A stretch of 47,122 nt of DNA from an uncultured Candidatus Sericytochromatia bacterium (GTDB lineage: Bacteria > Cyanobacteriota > Sericytochromatia > UBA7694). Location: contig CAZRFI010000001.1 of NCBI GenBank assembly GCA_964598905.1, positions 24,341 through 71,462 on the forward strand. The letters run 5' to 3'. Positions 1-9,207 of this stretch are shown piece after piece; position 1 is the first letter of the stretch; every line of letters starts with the position of its first letter. The notes beneath the pieces were generated by a model. The model was given only the letters and a program-made list of their open reading frames with translations, ran no database searches and had not been told where the DNA came from. Position numbers and translations under genes: made by a program.

Positions 1-187
1 TTTTTCTGTTCCAAAATCACGGGTGGGCTCTCAGCCAACGAAAATTCCTGAGCAAAAGCAGGTTGAAAGGGAACCGCTATGATTGTGAAGGTAAGATATA
101 GCTTAAAAAAGCAACCTGTCACTTTCACTGTTTTCCATATCACCTTTCGCTCAAATAGTTAAGCAAATAAAAAAGCCGACTCCGCTT

Positions 188-212
188 GAAACGCGCTCAC
201 TGAGCGCGTTTC
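188..212 (-). terminator. GC-rich inverted repeat downstream of yqeY, possible terminator
   Basis: Perfect 11-bp stem gaaacgcgctc / gagcgcgtttc with a 3-nt loop, about 30 nt after the yqeY stop. On the minus strand a U6 run follows only after about 13 nt, so it is not a textbook intrinsic terminator. Confidence 0.35.
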
Positions 213-242
213 CCAGAGCCCTTCGAAGGGAGCCGAAGTGAA

Positions 243-641
243 CTACCCCAACGCTTCTTTAACAATCCGCGAAGCGAGTTTACCGTCGTACAATCCCGTA
301 TACTGGGTTTGTAATCCAGTCATCACCATTTTCATATTGGCTGCGCCTTCAGCAATCAACTTTTTCACAGCTGCTTGGATTTCTGTTTCAGACATTTGCT
401 GTGGCAGATAAGCTTCCAAAAAAGTGATTTCATTTTGGGCGGATTCTGAATCGGGGCTGTGTTTCAGGTTTTCGCGCAGGTTTTCCAGATTCTTTTTGAT
501 CAGGCCCAATACTTTGGCGTCACTAAAATCTTTTTCTCCCCGTTGCAGCTCACCGATTAAGGTGGACAACCAAAGCGCTTTGTCAGATTCTTTGTTCTTG
601 CGGGCCGTAAGCTGATCTTTTTTAATTTGTTCAAATAACAT
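243..641 (-). CDS. yqeY: GatB/YqeY-domain protein
   Basis: 132-aa ORF collinear with the YqeY / GatB C-terminal domain family (LTARKNKESDKA..LSTLIGELQR..EIQAAVKKLIAEG..YDGKLASRIVKEAL). Confidence 0.8.
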   Translation of the reverse strand: MLFEQIKKDQLTARKNKESDKALWLSTLIGELQRGEKDFSDAKVLGLIKKNLENLRENLKHSPDSESAQNEITFLEAYLPQQMSETEIQAAVKKLIAEGAANMKMVMTGLQTQYTGLYDGKLASRIVKEALG

Positions 642-676
642 GGGTTTACCTTAATTTCTAAACGTCTTTTACTATT

Positions 677-3600
677 CTAACGCAGCCACTCAAAAATTCC
701 CACAATCAAGCCAATCACCCCGCCCCAGGCGCCATACCAAACCAGCAAGCGAAAAATGGGCTGGGCAAATTCAAACAGCGATTCAATCCGTTCGGGTTCC
801 ATCACTTCTATTTCGCGGCGCACAATCGATTCAAAATCAATCGGTTCTAATAACTCACGATTATTGACCCGCAAAGAGTCGATCAGGCTGTTAACCAAAA
901 TTTCTTCTACCACTTCCTGGGTTTCATCGCCCACAGTTTCATTGAGCACTTCAATAAATTCCAAAATTAAAGGTTCAAATTGCGTTTGAATTTGTGATTG
1001 AAATTGAGCCTGACGCGATCCAGGTGTATCGCTACAGGTCAATTTGGTTAATACCCTTTCGATGTCACGTTTAAAAAATTCGGGCTTTAAGAGTAAGGTT
1101 AAATCTTGGCTCAATAGCCTTTGGCTCAAACTTTGAATCCCATGATTGAGGCTGGTACTGTCTTTAAATTGAAAATAGAGTTTTTCAGCACCTGAATTTA
1201 ATAAACTATCTGGAATATCTAAAAAGATCGGCAAAGCCTGGTCTGTGAGTGAACTGCCCAAATTTTCAAAAAAGAGCTCAAATTCAGGCATTAAGTTTGT
1301 TTGATGCCGCTGCCATTGTGTTTCTAAAAGGACCTGTAAAATTTGTGCTTGGTCTTGTATTCGTTCATAAACCGCTTCTTCTGATTGCAAACTGAGAATA
1401 TATCCCACATCCTGGAGATTTAAATAATGCAAAGTATTGCCAACAATGGCCTCACTTAATTCTTTGATTAAGACAATTAAGGCAGGATGCTCAAGACTAT
1501 AATGACGTAAAAGAGCAAATATCCTCTCTAAATTGAGCATATCTTTGGTTAAACCCAATTCTGCCAATGGAATCAAGGCCACCCGTTCTTTGATTAAAGT
1601 CTCAAACAAATTTTGCAATTGCTCTCGTTTTTCAACCAAATAGACAGGTAGTTCTTCGTCAATTAAAACAGCCACAACTTTGCGAATATCTTCTCGGATA
1701 CCCCCAAATGTCAAAAGCATAAATTCCATCACACCTTTGGTTTCAATATCTGAAAGGATCAAGCGGGTAATTTCATTGCGTTTGCTCTTGGCCAATTCCA
1801 AAAGATAATCAGAAAATGAGTCAAAGATAAAGTCTGATTCCTGCAAAATACTTCTTAATAAACGGCCTTCAAAGACAGTCCCCAAAGTACTATCTGCAGG
1901 AATTTCTAATTTTGCAAAAGAATTTTTTAATAATTGAATCAAGTGGCCTTGAACTTCTGGTTTTTCCAATTGAGTGGCAAAGAGTTCGAACAAAAAATCC
2001 ACCCCTTCAGAAATTGAGAGTGTGGATAAAAAACGGTTTAAGGGCTGTTTTGCCAAAGCAGGATTGGTGATCGCCTGTAATGTAGATCTGCGCAATTCGG
2101 GCAAATATTCAGGTGCCAGGAAATTTTGTAAAAGCCCAGGTAAAATGGCCGATAAATACGTTGAGCTTGGGAAATCAGGGGCTTTAACCTGTTTGGCAAT
2201 CAATCGTCCTTTTTCAACCAAAAGCGGTATCCAGGTTGGGTGATTTTCCTGACTAAGTTGTTGAACTTCATTTAAAATGGGGCTGAAATCCAAAGAGAGA
2301 TCTTTTAACTGATGCATTTCAGCCATAAAATAATCTGCGATGTCTGAACGGTGGCGATGGAGTTCTGCAAAGCCCAATTTTAATAAAAGGGGAGTTAAAT
2401 GCGGGTATTGTTCGCGGGTGTATTGTTGCAATGTTTGATGAATCACGGCATAATCATCGAGGGCCACGACCTGGCGAATCGCTTTTTTCCAGGCAGGATG
2501 GTATTTTTCCAATATTTTGACCATATTGTCTTTGGATAAGAGCTTTTTATCGACAAAATTGACCATGCTATCGGCCAGTGCAGATTTGTTTTTGGGAAAT
2601 ATTCCAGGTGTAAATGGCCAGTTCCAATTGGTTCCCGGTATTTTATGGGCTTTATAAGGTTTAAATAGCATTTTAATTGCCATCCAATTGGTTCCCACTT
2701 CAGTGACAGCATAAGAGAGGGAGTAAGAGAGCAGGGCCCAATTGCCTTTGACAAATTGTCCATAACCAGGAATAAAGGACATATACCACATCCCAACACC
2801 GACAGCAGCCCCCAGAAAGGCCCCCAAAAGTTTGATCGGTTGCAATTCCCCGCCCATAAAGCTGTCCATTTCAGCTTTGAGTTCATCGTCTGAAAATCGA
2901 GAGAAACTCTCTTTAATCGCAATATAAATTTTACCATCGAGCATTTGGTTGTCACGGATCAAACCAACCATTAACTCCACCAAAGTGTGTGTCAATTGCT
3001 CCATAAATACGCTATCTTGGCTGAGTTCAGTGTAAATATTTATACTTGAAGTGTAAATTTGACGTATATTTTCTTGTTTTAAAGAGAGCAAAACCTGATC
3101 TACAGCTTGTAAGTAAAACTCACCCAAGGTATGTGATAAGGCCTTTTTTAACCCAGGACTCAATAATTGTCCCAATGACTTGCCTTGAAATAAATCCCAT
3201 TGCTCTAAACGCAGATTTTCACTTAAAATATCCGAAAAACCATCTGATATTTTGATTTTATTGATGTATTCTAGCAATAGAATCGGTTTATCTGGCAAAA
3301 ACAAAGACAAAGGCAATTCTTTTAATAGGGGCCAAAAAGGTTTAACCAATTCTTTAAACAACGTACCTCCCCCATTTTGCCCCAAAACACGGGTTTTACA
3401 AAAGTCCAAAACACCTTGAAAGCCCAATTCTGCCAAGCGTTCCAATTTGAGTTGATTGAGTATAGGCAATTGGCTCAATGGTTGTTCTAAAAGTGCCTGA
3501 AGACTGCTTATTTTAAGGCGAGGTAGATATTTTTGCAGCATCTCCAAGCAGAGCTGGACCAAGGCTTTTTCGTTGAGAACGTATTTTTCCAAATAGCTGG

Positions 3601-4816
3601 CAAGCACATTGACATGGGTGTGATTGAGAAAGCGCGAGACCATTGCGGCGATATCACCCGGTCCCTGTTCTTTTAAGAGTGTTTTGATTTCCTGTAGGGT
3701 ATTTTCGACAACTTGGTAACGGGCTGTGAGCTGTTGACCAAAAATATTGCCTATCATCTGTTTGACCAAATTTTCAGACTGCAAATGGGCCCCAATTGCA
3801 GATTGGATCATGGCTTCCAGTTCTACTTTGTTTTCGGTCAGCCAGTCTTCTAAGACCTCGACAATTTCAGGCAAATAACGCTCAATTAAGGTCACAGCTT
3901 GATCTTCAAGGCGATCTGTCAAAAAGTCGGAGAGAGGAACATCCATTTGTTTCAGCAAATGAATAATTTGCATCATAATTTTTAAAAGCAAATATTGCCC
4001 TTTGACTGAATCCAAAAATGTCAAAACAGTTTGAATCAAGCGTTCTAAACCATGATTAAAATCTGTTCCTGCCAATAATTGAGCCAAAGACAGGGATTGA
4101 AATGAGGCGTTGAGGGCCAGCCAGTCTGCACTTTCAAAAAATAGCTGGTAAATGTGCTGCAAATGATCTGCCAAATTTTGCCGCTGTTGTTCAGGGTAGA
4201 GCGCCTCAAGGTCTGCGGGCAAAAGTGATCTTAAAAGATGGGAAAAGAGGTCATCACTGAGAATATCTCCCAGCTTGATTGCGTGTGTCTCTTGACGAAA
4301 ATGGTGATAGATATCTTCGAATAAACCAGTCTCAATTAAGTCTGTTTGAGCTAAAATTTGATGAATAAAGTAAGACCATTGCTCAGGGGTTTGTAAATCC
4401 TCGATTTGGAGCTGTTCTAACAGTAAATCAATGCAAACAGGTAAAATTTCTTCCCGTTTTTCCAGCAAAAAATTACGCAAATTCTGGCTCGTCTCAGCAA
4501 ATCCCTGCAGATCTTGAATCTGAGTGAGTTCCTTCAGATTGTTTTGCAAACTCTCATGTAAGATGTGCTGAATCAGGTGTTTAAACGAGTCTTTAAAGGC
4601 CTCTTTTTGAAACTCTTCAAGCAGTGTGGCAGGTTTGATCAGTCGTTCTTCGACCAACCAACTCATGGCTTTTTCGAGATTTTCACGGTCTTTGATAATC
4701 TCGGCTCCGCCGATGAGTGGGTATTTTTTAAACAGCATATTGATCGCCAGCGATTTGGTCACATAACCGACCAGACTGCCCGCGAGTAAATTGACCAAGA
4801 GAAGATTAAAATCCAA
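677..4816 (-). CDS. Giant membrane protein with two DUF445-like modules
   Basis: 1379-aa ORF with a TTG start. An N-terminal TM helix is followed by AINMLFKKYP. A mid-protein TM cluster (LLGAFLGAAVGVGMWYMSFIP) is followed by a second copy of the signature, NWMAIKMLFKPYK. There is a C-terminal TM helix (LLVWYGAWGGVIGLIVGIF). The remainder is long Leu/Gln-rich helical sequence. Confidence 0.7.
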   Translation of the reverse strand: MDFNLLLVNLLAGSLVGYVTKSLAINMLFKKYPLIGGAEIIKDRENLEKAMSWLVEERLIKPATLLEEFQKEAFKDSFKHLIQHILHESLQNNLKELTQIQDLQGFAETSQNLRNFLLEKREEILPVCIDLLLEQLQIEDLQTPEQWSYFIHQILAQTDLIETGLFEDIYHHFRQETHAIKLGDILSDDLFSHLLRSLLPADLEALYPEQQRQNLADHLQHIYQLFFESADWLALNASFQSLSLAQLLAGTDFNHGLERLIQTVLTFLDSVKGQYLLLKIMMQIIHLLKQMDVPLSDFLTDRLEDQAVTLIERYLPEIVEVLEDWLTENKVELEAMIQSAIGAHLQSENLVKQMIGNIFGQQLTARYQVVENTLQEIKTLLKEQGPGDIAAMVSRFLNHTHVNVLASYLEKYVLNEKALVQLCLEMLQKYLPRLKISSLQALLEQPLSQLPILNQLKLERLAELGFQGVLDFCKTRVLGQNGGGTLFKELVKPFWPLLKELPLSLFLPDKPILLLEYINKIKISDGFSDILSENLRLEQWDLFQGKSLGQLLSPGLKKALSHTLGEFYLQAVDQVLLSLKQENIRQIYTSSINIYTELSQDSVFMEQLTHTLVELMVGLIRDNQMLDGKIYIAIKESFSRFSDDELKAEMDSFMGGELQPIKLLGAFLGAAVGVGMWYMSFIPGYGQFVKGNWALLSYSLSYAVTEVGTNWMAIKMLFKPYKAHKIPGTNWNWPFTPGIFPKNKSALADSMVNFVDKKLLSKDNMVKILEKYHPAWKKAIRQVVALDDYAVIHQTLQQYTREQYPHLTPLLLKLGFAELHRHRSDIADYFMAEMHQLKDLSLDFSPILNEVQQLSQENHPTWIPLLVEKGRLIAKQVKAPDFPSSTYLSAILPGLLQNFLAPEYLPELRRSTLQAITNPALAKQPLNRFLSTLSISEGVDFLFELFATQLEKPEVQGHLIQLLKNSFAKLEIPADSTLGTVFEGRLLRSILQESDFIFDSFSDYLLELAKSKRNEITRLILSDIETKGVMEFMLLTFGGIREDIRKVVAVLIDEELPVYLVEKREQLQNLFETLIKERVALIPLAELGLTKDMLNLERIFALLRHYSLEHPALIVLIKELSEAIVGNTLHYLNLQDVGYILSLQSEEAVYERIQDQAQILQVLLETQWQRHQTNLMPEFELFFENLGSSLTDQALPIFLDIPDSLLNSGAEKLYFQFKDSTSLNHGIQSLSQRLLSQDLTLLLKPEFFKRDIERVLTKLTCSDTPGSRQAQFQSQIQTQFEPLILEFIEVLNETVGDETQEVVEEILVNSLIDSLRVNNRELLEPIDFESIVRREIEVMEPERIESLFEFAQPIFRLLVWYGAWGGVIGLIVGIFEWLR

Positions 4817-4830
4817 AGGACGTGCTCACC

Positions 4831-4838
4831 TGTATAAT
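4831..4838 (+). promoter_or_regulatory. Candidate -10 element (tgTATAAT) for ppsA
   Basis: TATAAT at 4833-4838 is preceded by TG and lies 34 nt upstream of the ppsA ATG. A GGGAGGG RBS lies at 4860-4866. The divergent intergenic region is only 55 nt. Confidence 0.4.
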
Positions 4839-4871
4839 TAAATATCCTTTTGAAACGCTGGGAGGGCCCGC

Positions 4872-7271
4872 ATGACAACCACTGAGATTAATTTTATTCG
4901 TTTTTTTAACACCCTGAGTCTGAACGACGTCCCAGTTGTGGGAGGCAAAAATGCCTCTTTGGGAGAGATGATACGTCTTCTGAGCCGCAAAAATATTCAG
5001 GTGCCCAATGGTTTTGCCACCACCGTTGATGCCTATCGGCATTTTCTGGAGTATAACCACTTGTCTGAAAAAATTCAACTCTTAATTGGCGAGTTCAAAG
5101 CGGGTAGCCGCTCTTTGGAAAGCACGGGAAAATCGATCCGCAACCTCTTTCTCAATACCCAATTCTCTGAGGACTTTGTCAGGGACCTAGATGCCGCATA
5201 TACCGAATTGAGTCGGCTCTATGGCCAAGAGACCATCGATGTAGCTGTGCGCTCATCAGCCACAGCAGAAGATCTACCTGATGCCAGTTTTGCAGGTCAG
5301 CAAGAAACTTTTTTGAATATCACAGGCATTGGTGGGATTCTTGAAGCCAGTCGCAAATGTTTTGCTTCGCTTTTTACCGACCGGGCCATCCACTACCGCG
5401 AAGAAAAGGGCTATGACCACCTGGATGTGTCCCTCAGCATTGGCGTACAAAAAATGGTGCGTTCGGATATCGCCTGCTCCGGCGTCTTGTTTACCCTCGA
5501 TACAGAGACTGGATTTCCCAATATTATAACCATTACAGGCGCATGGGGGCTGGGTGAATGCGTTGTGCAGGGCATGGTCACCCCCGATGAGTTTATTGTC
5601 TTTAAACCCCTCCTGGACCAGGCAGAGAAGACCCCAATTTTGACAAAAAAACTCGGTCGCAAAGACAAAAAAATGATTTATTCGGTCGGTGGTGTGGGCA
5701 CAACCAAAATTGTCGACACTTCTTACGAAGAAAAGACCCATTTTTGCCTGTCTGACGAAGAAATCCTCAAACTGGCACGCTGGGCCAGTATTATCGAAAA
5801 GCATTATCAAAAGCCCATGGACATTGAATGGGCCCAAGATGGTGAAAGCGGTGAATTGTTTATTGTTCAGGCCCGCCCAGAAACGGTACAATCACGCAAA
5901 ACGGTGGAAATGCTCAAATCATATACCCTGACAGATGAAGGCAAACCGATTGTAACGGGTTTGAGCATTGGCGATTCGATTGTCACAGGTCGGGTTTGCC
6001 TGATTAAAAACGTCGAAGACATTGCCCAATTTATCCCTGGTTCGATACTTGTGACCGAAATGACCGACCCCGACTGGGTTCCTGTAATGACACAGGCAGC
6101 TGGGATTGTCACAGATCAAGGCGGCCGCACTTGCCACGCGGCAATTGTAAGCCGGGAGCTCGGGGTACCTGCCATCGTGGGTACGGGCAACGCCACTCGG
6201 ATTCTCAAACACGATCAGGTGATCACCCTTTCCTGTGCCCAGGGCGACCAGGCCTTTGTTTACGATGGCGTGCTCAATTTTGAAGAGAGTGAAGTGGCAT
6301 TGACCAATGTGCCGCAAACCCGCACCCAAATAATGTTAAACATTGCCAACCCCGATGTGGCCTTTCGCTGGTGGCGCTTGCCAAGCAAGGGCATCGGCTT
6401 AGCTCGTATGGAGTTTATCATCAATAACGCCATCAAAATTCATCCCCTGGCACTGGTGGACTACGAAACCCTGCCCGATGATGAAACTAAAAAAGTGATT
6501 ATGCAGATGACACGGGGCTACAGCGATAAAAAGGCCTACTTTGTCGATCAACTGTCTTATGGCGTGGCCAAAATTGCCGCCTCGCAATACCCACACCCAG
6601 TCATTGTGCGCATGAGCGACTTTAAAACCAATGAATACGCCAATTTAATTGGTGGTAAGGCCTACGAGCCCCACGAAGAGAACCCGATGTTGGGTTTTCG
6701 CGGAGCTTCGCGCTATTACAGCCCCGAGTACCGCCGTGGCTTTGATCTGGAATGCCTCGCCATTCGCAAGGTGCGTGAAGAAATGGGGCTTAGTAATGTG
6801 TATATTATGATTCCCTTCTGCCGCACCCTTGAAGAGGCTGATAAAGTCAAAGCCGTCTTAGCTGAAAATGGCTTGGAACAGGGCAAAGATGAGCTCAAAA
6901 TCTATATGATGTGTGAAATTCCCAGCAATGTCATTCTGGCAGAACAATTCGCCCAAAAATTTGACGGTTTTTCAATTGGCTCGAATGACCTGACCCAATT
7001 GGCCCTCGGTGTTGACCGAGACTCAGGTAAGTTGGCCCATCTCTTTGATGAGCGCAATGAAGCTGTGCAAACCATGATTCAAATGGTGATTGAAAAGGCC
7101 CACAAAGTCGGAATCAAAGTTGGTATTTGTGGCCAAGGACCCAGCGATTACCCAGATTTTGCTCTCTTTTTGGTCAAAGCGGGGATCGACAGCATGTCAC
7201 TGAATCCCGACAGCTTTGTCGATGTCGTGCAGCGTGTGGCTGAGCTTGAGAAAAATCTGGAGCAAAAATGA
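4872..7271 (+). CDS. ppsA: Phosphoenolpyruvate synthase
   Basis: 799 aa, collinear with E. coli PpsA over its whole length (VGGKNASLGEM, SSATAEDLPDASFAGQQETFLN, phospho-His loop GGRTCHAAIVSRELGVPA, CEIPSN, GFSIGSNDLTQL). Confidence 0.95.
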   Translation: MTTTEINFIRFFNTLSLNDVPVVGGKNASLGEMIRLLSRKNIQVPNGFATTVDAYRHFLEYNHLSEKIQLLIGEFKAGSRSLESTGKSIRNLFLNTQFSEDFVRDLDAAYTELSRLYGQETIDVAVRSSATAEDLPDASFAGQQETFLNITGIGGILEASRKCFASLFTDRAIHYREEKGYDHLDVSLSIGVQKMVRSDIACSGVLFTLDTETGFPNIITITGAWGLGECVVQGMVTPDEFIVFKPLLDQAEKTPILTKKLGRKDKKMIYSVGGVGTTKIVDTSYEEKTHFCLSDEEILKLARWASIIEKHYQKPMDIEWAQDGESGELFIVQARPETVQSRKTVEMLKSYTLTDEGKPIVTGLSIGDSIVTGRVCLIKNVEDIAQFIPGSILVTEMTDPDWVPVMTQAAGIVTDQGGRTCHAAIVSRELGVPAIVGTGNATRILKHDQVITLSCAQGDQAFVYDGVLNFEESEVALTNVPQTRTQIMLNIANPDVAFRWWRLPSKGIGLARMEFIINNAIKIHPLALVDYETLPDDETKKVIMQMTRGYSDKKAYFVDQLSYGVAKIAASQYPHPVIVRMSDFKTNEYANLIGGKAYEPHEENPMLGFRGASRYYSPEYRRGFDLECLAIRKVREEMGLSNVYIMIPFCRTLEEADKVKAVLAENGLEQGKDELKIYMMCEIPSNVILAEQFAQKFDGFSIGSNDLTQLALGVDRDSGKLAHLFDERNEAVQTMIQMVIEKAHKVGIKVGICGQGPSDYPDFALFLVKAGIDSMSLNPDSFVDVVQRVAELEKNLEQK

Positions 7272-8272
7272 AAATACCAGTCCAGATTTCTTTGCTCACA
7301 TCCCTCGTCATTTCTGTGACGTTGCTCAGTGCCTGTCAAACGCCATCCATCCCTGGAGAAATCCCAAAGCCAGATGTGGCATTGCCTTCAAGCAAAGAGA
7401 ATTCAAATCTACCGCTCAAATCCGATTTGAACACACAAGTTGACAACACAGGCTTGCCTACACTCCAGCGCCCCAGTGATTTAATCAAACCGCTGCCCCC
7501 AATCTCAGAAGAAACCAAGCGTTTAAAACTGCTCAAAGAAAGTGTGGATGATTTATTACTGAAAACAACGTTGGCCCAAGACCTCTATTTGAACCCAGTC
7601 AGGGCCAACGAAATTCCTGCTGTCATGTTCACAAATCAACTGCAGCCACAAATCAGCGCATTTCAAGACAATAAAACCATTGAAGGCACGATGCTTACGA
7701 CCCATAAATCGCTGATCAATCAGTTCTTCAAATTGCTTTCTCAGAACGAGGTCACTGGTATACAAAGAACCTATATCAGTGAAAAATATACGCCTGTTTT
7801 TCCTGTGGCAGCCATGGATATGCTGACCCAATCCAATCAAATACCCGCTCAGTTGATCAACGTAAACAATCAACCGGGTCTGATACTCACCCATTTGGGC
7901 CACAAAACCACTTTCTCATACCTCAATTTCCCAATCGCAAAGCGAGCCCAATTTATTTTTGATACGCTGTTTGCGCCCCGATTAAAATCAATATTGCAAT
8001 CCTGGAATACCGAAGCAATTGCATATCTGGGTTTTGTGATTTCCTATCGGGTAGAAGCACCCACTTACAAAAGAGGAGCATATACGGATGCTGCGATAAC
8101 CGTGAATCCCGATTTGGAAAAATACCAAACAGAAACAGCATTGTATATTATCAGCCGTCAAGATTTACAGGCGCTGGTAAACCACGAGTTAACCTATCAA
8201 AGTTTTCTTGAACGGCTTTTGGTGTATGCCAATAGCTTTCAAAATCAAAATCTCAAAATTGAATTAGATTAG
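7268..8272 (+). CDS. Lipoprotein of unknown function
   Basis: 334-aa ORF with a signal peptide and lipobox (LLSAC). Its ATG overlaps the ppsA stop (ATGA). No recognisable catalytic motifs. Confidence 0.65.
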   Translation: MKIPVQISLLTSLVISVTLLSACQTPSIPGEIPKPDVALPSSKENSNLPLKSDLNTQVDNTGLPTLQRPSDLIKPLPPISEETKRLKLLKESVDDLLLKTTLAQDLYLNPVRANEIPAVMFTNQLQPQISAFQDNKTIEGTMLTTHKSLINQFFKLLSQNEVTGIQRTYISEKYTPVFPVAAMDMLTQSNQIPAQLINVNNQPGLILTHLGHKTTFSYLNFPIAKRAQFIFDTLFAPRLKSILQSWNTEAIAYLGFVISYRVEAPTYKRGAYTDAAITVNPDLEKYQTETALYIISRQDLQALVNHELTYQSFLERLLVYANSFQNQNLKIELD

Positions 8273-8289
8273 GTATGCCTCTGCAGGCC

Positions 8290-9207
8290 TTACCTTCCCA
8301 GCGGCTTCAATTGCTCCAGGCTTTTGATTTTTTTTGCGAGTGAGTCAATCACATCGCTGGAAACACCGTGGATTTGTGCATCGCGAAGCGCGATTCGGGC
8401 TTTGCGCAATTGACCTTTGACCAGAAAATAGTCAATTTTTTTGGCAGATGTGCGGTTGAGCAGGTCTTGGGCTTCGGTATAGAGATGCCCGTATTGGGGG
8501 CCCCCTTTCACCAACTTGCTTAAGAGCAGCAAACTCGAAGTATAATACTGTTTTTGGCTATAGGTCCGGGCCTTGGCCAATTGATTCTCATAACCTTCGA
8601 TCATTTTGGCATATTTCCCCATGGTTTCTTGCAGTTCTTTTTGCATTTCCGGAGAAGGGGGTGTTTGTTGTTTTAACAGAGCTTGATAGGCTTGTAACTT
8701 CAAAGGCAAATTGGGTTGACGCTGAGCCAAATTGAGGGCCTGCAGAAACTGACGATTGGCAATATCTGCTTGGAGCTGAACCATTTGGTTTTTATAGACA
8801 CCCTGGGGATATTTATTTATAAAGGCAGCGGCTTGCTCCTGAAATTTTTCGGGATGATTTTTCAGGGTTTCGATGGTCTGGGTAAAGAGTTTGGCTTCTT
8901 TTGGCCCCGTCCCCTGTAAGAGCGAAGACAACAGCAACACAAAGAGTAAAAATCCCACCAAGAGCGCATAAAACACAACCCGATAATAGGGGTATAAATC
9001 AGGGGAGTTAGGGCTCCAGCCTTTGGGGGCATAAAAAAAATCACCTTTGAGGTAACTCCAAGCCGGATCTGGCGCCGGCTGAGGGGGCGCAGAAGGTGAT
9101 GGTACAGGCAAGAGACGTTCCAAACGGGCTCTCACCGAATGAATTGAATCACTGTTTTTCAGTGATTCGAGTGAGGATTTGAGAGAGGAATAAAGATTGT
9201 TCATCAT
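8290..9207 (-). CDS. Single-pass membrane protein of unknown function
   Basis: 305-aa ORF with a Pro-rich N-terminal segment, one TM helix (VVFYALLVGFLLFVLLLSSLL) and a helical C-terminal domain. It is last in the minus-strand operon with the two upstream glycosyltransferase-like genes. The start is uncertain: it overlaps the upstream gene by 59 nt, and an alternative GTG lies at 9135. Confidence 0.55.
   Translation of the reverse strand: MMNNLYSSLKSSLESLKNSDSIHSVRARLERLLPVPSPSAPPQPAPDPAWSYLKGDFFYAPKGWSPNSPDLYPYYRVVFYALLVGFLLFVLLLSSLLQGTGPKEAKLFTQTIETLKNHPEKFQEQAAAFINKYPQGVYKNQMVQLQADIANRQFLQALNLAQRQPNLPLKLQAYQALLKQQTPPSPEMQKELQETMGKYAKMIEGYENQLAKARTYSQKQYYTSSLLLLSKLVKGGPQYGHLYTEAQDLLNRTSAKKIDYFLVKGQLRKARIALRDAQIHGVSSDVIDSLAKKIKSLEQLKPLGR

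Noticed and set aside
1-162. Possible gene start reading out of the left edge (TTG at 38, minus strand, AGGA RBS) and a 27-aa plus-strand sORF (ATG 79..162).
   Set aside because: Both are too short for any compositional or homology support inside the window.
5274-6329. Long antisense and alternative-frame ORFs inside ppsA (205 aa, 136 aa). Similar shadow ORFs occur inside the glycosyltransferase, sbcC, the fusion gene, and 46034-47034 opposite the TPR gene.
   Set aside because: Each lies entirely within a strongly supported gene on the other strand or frame. None has motifs. These are typical shadow ORFs.
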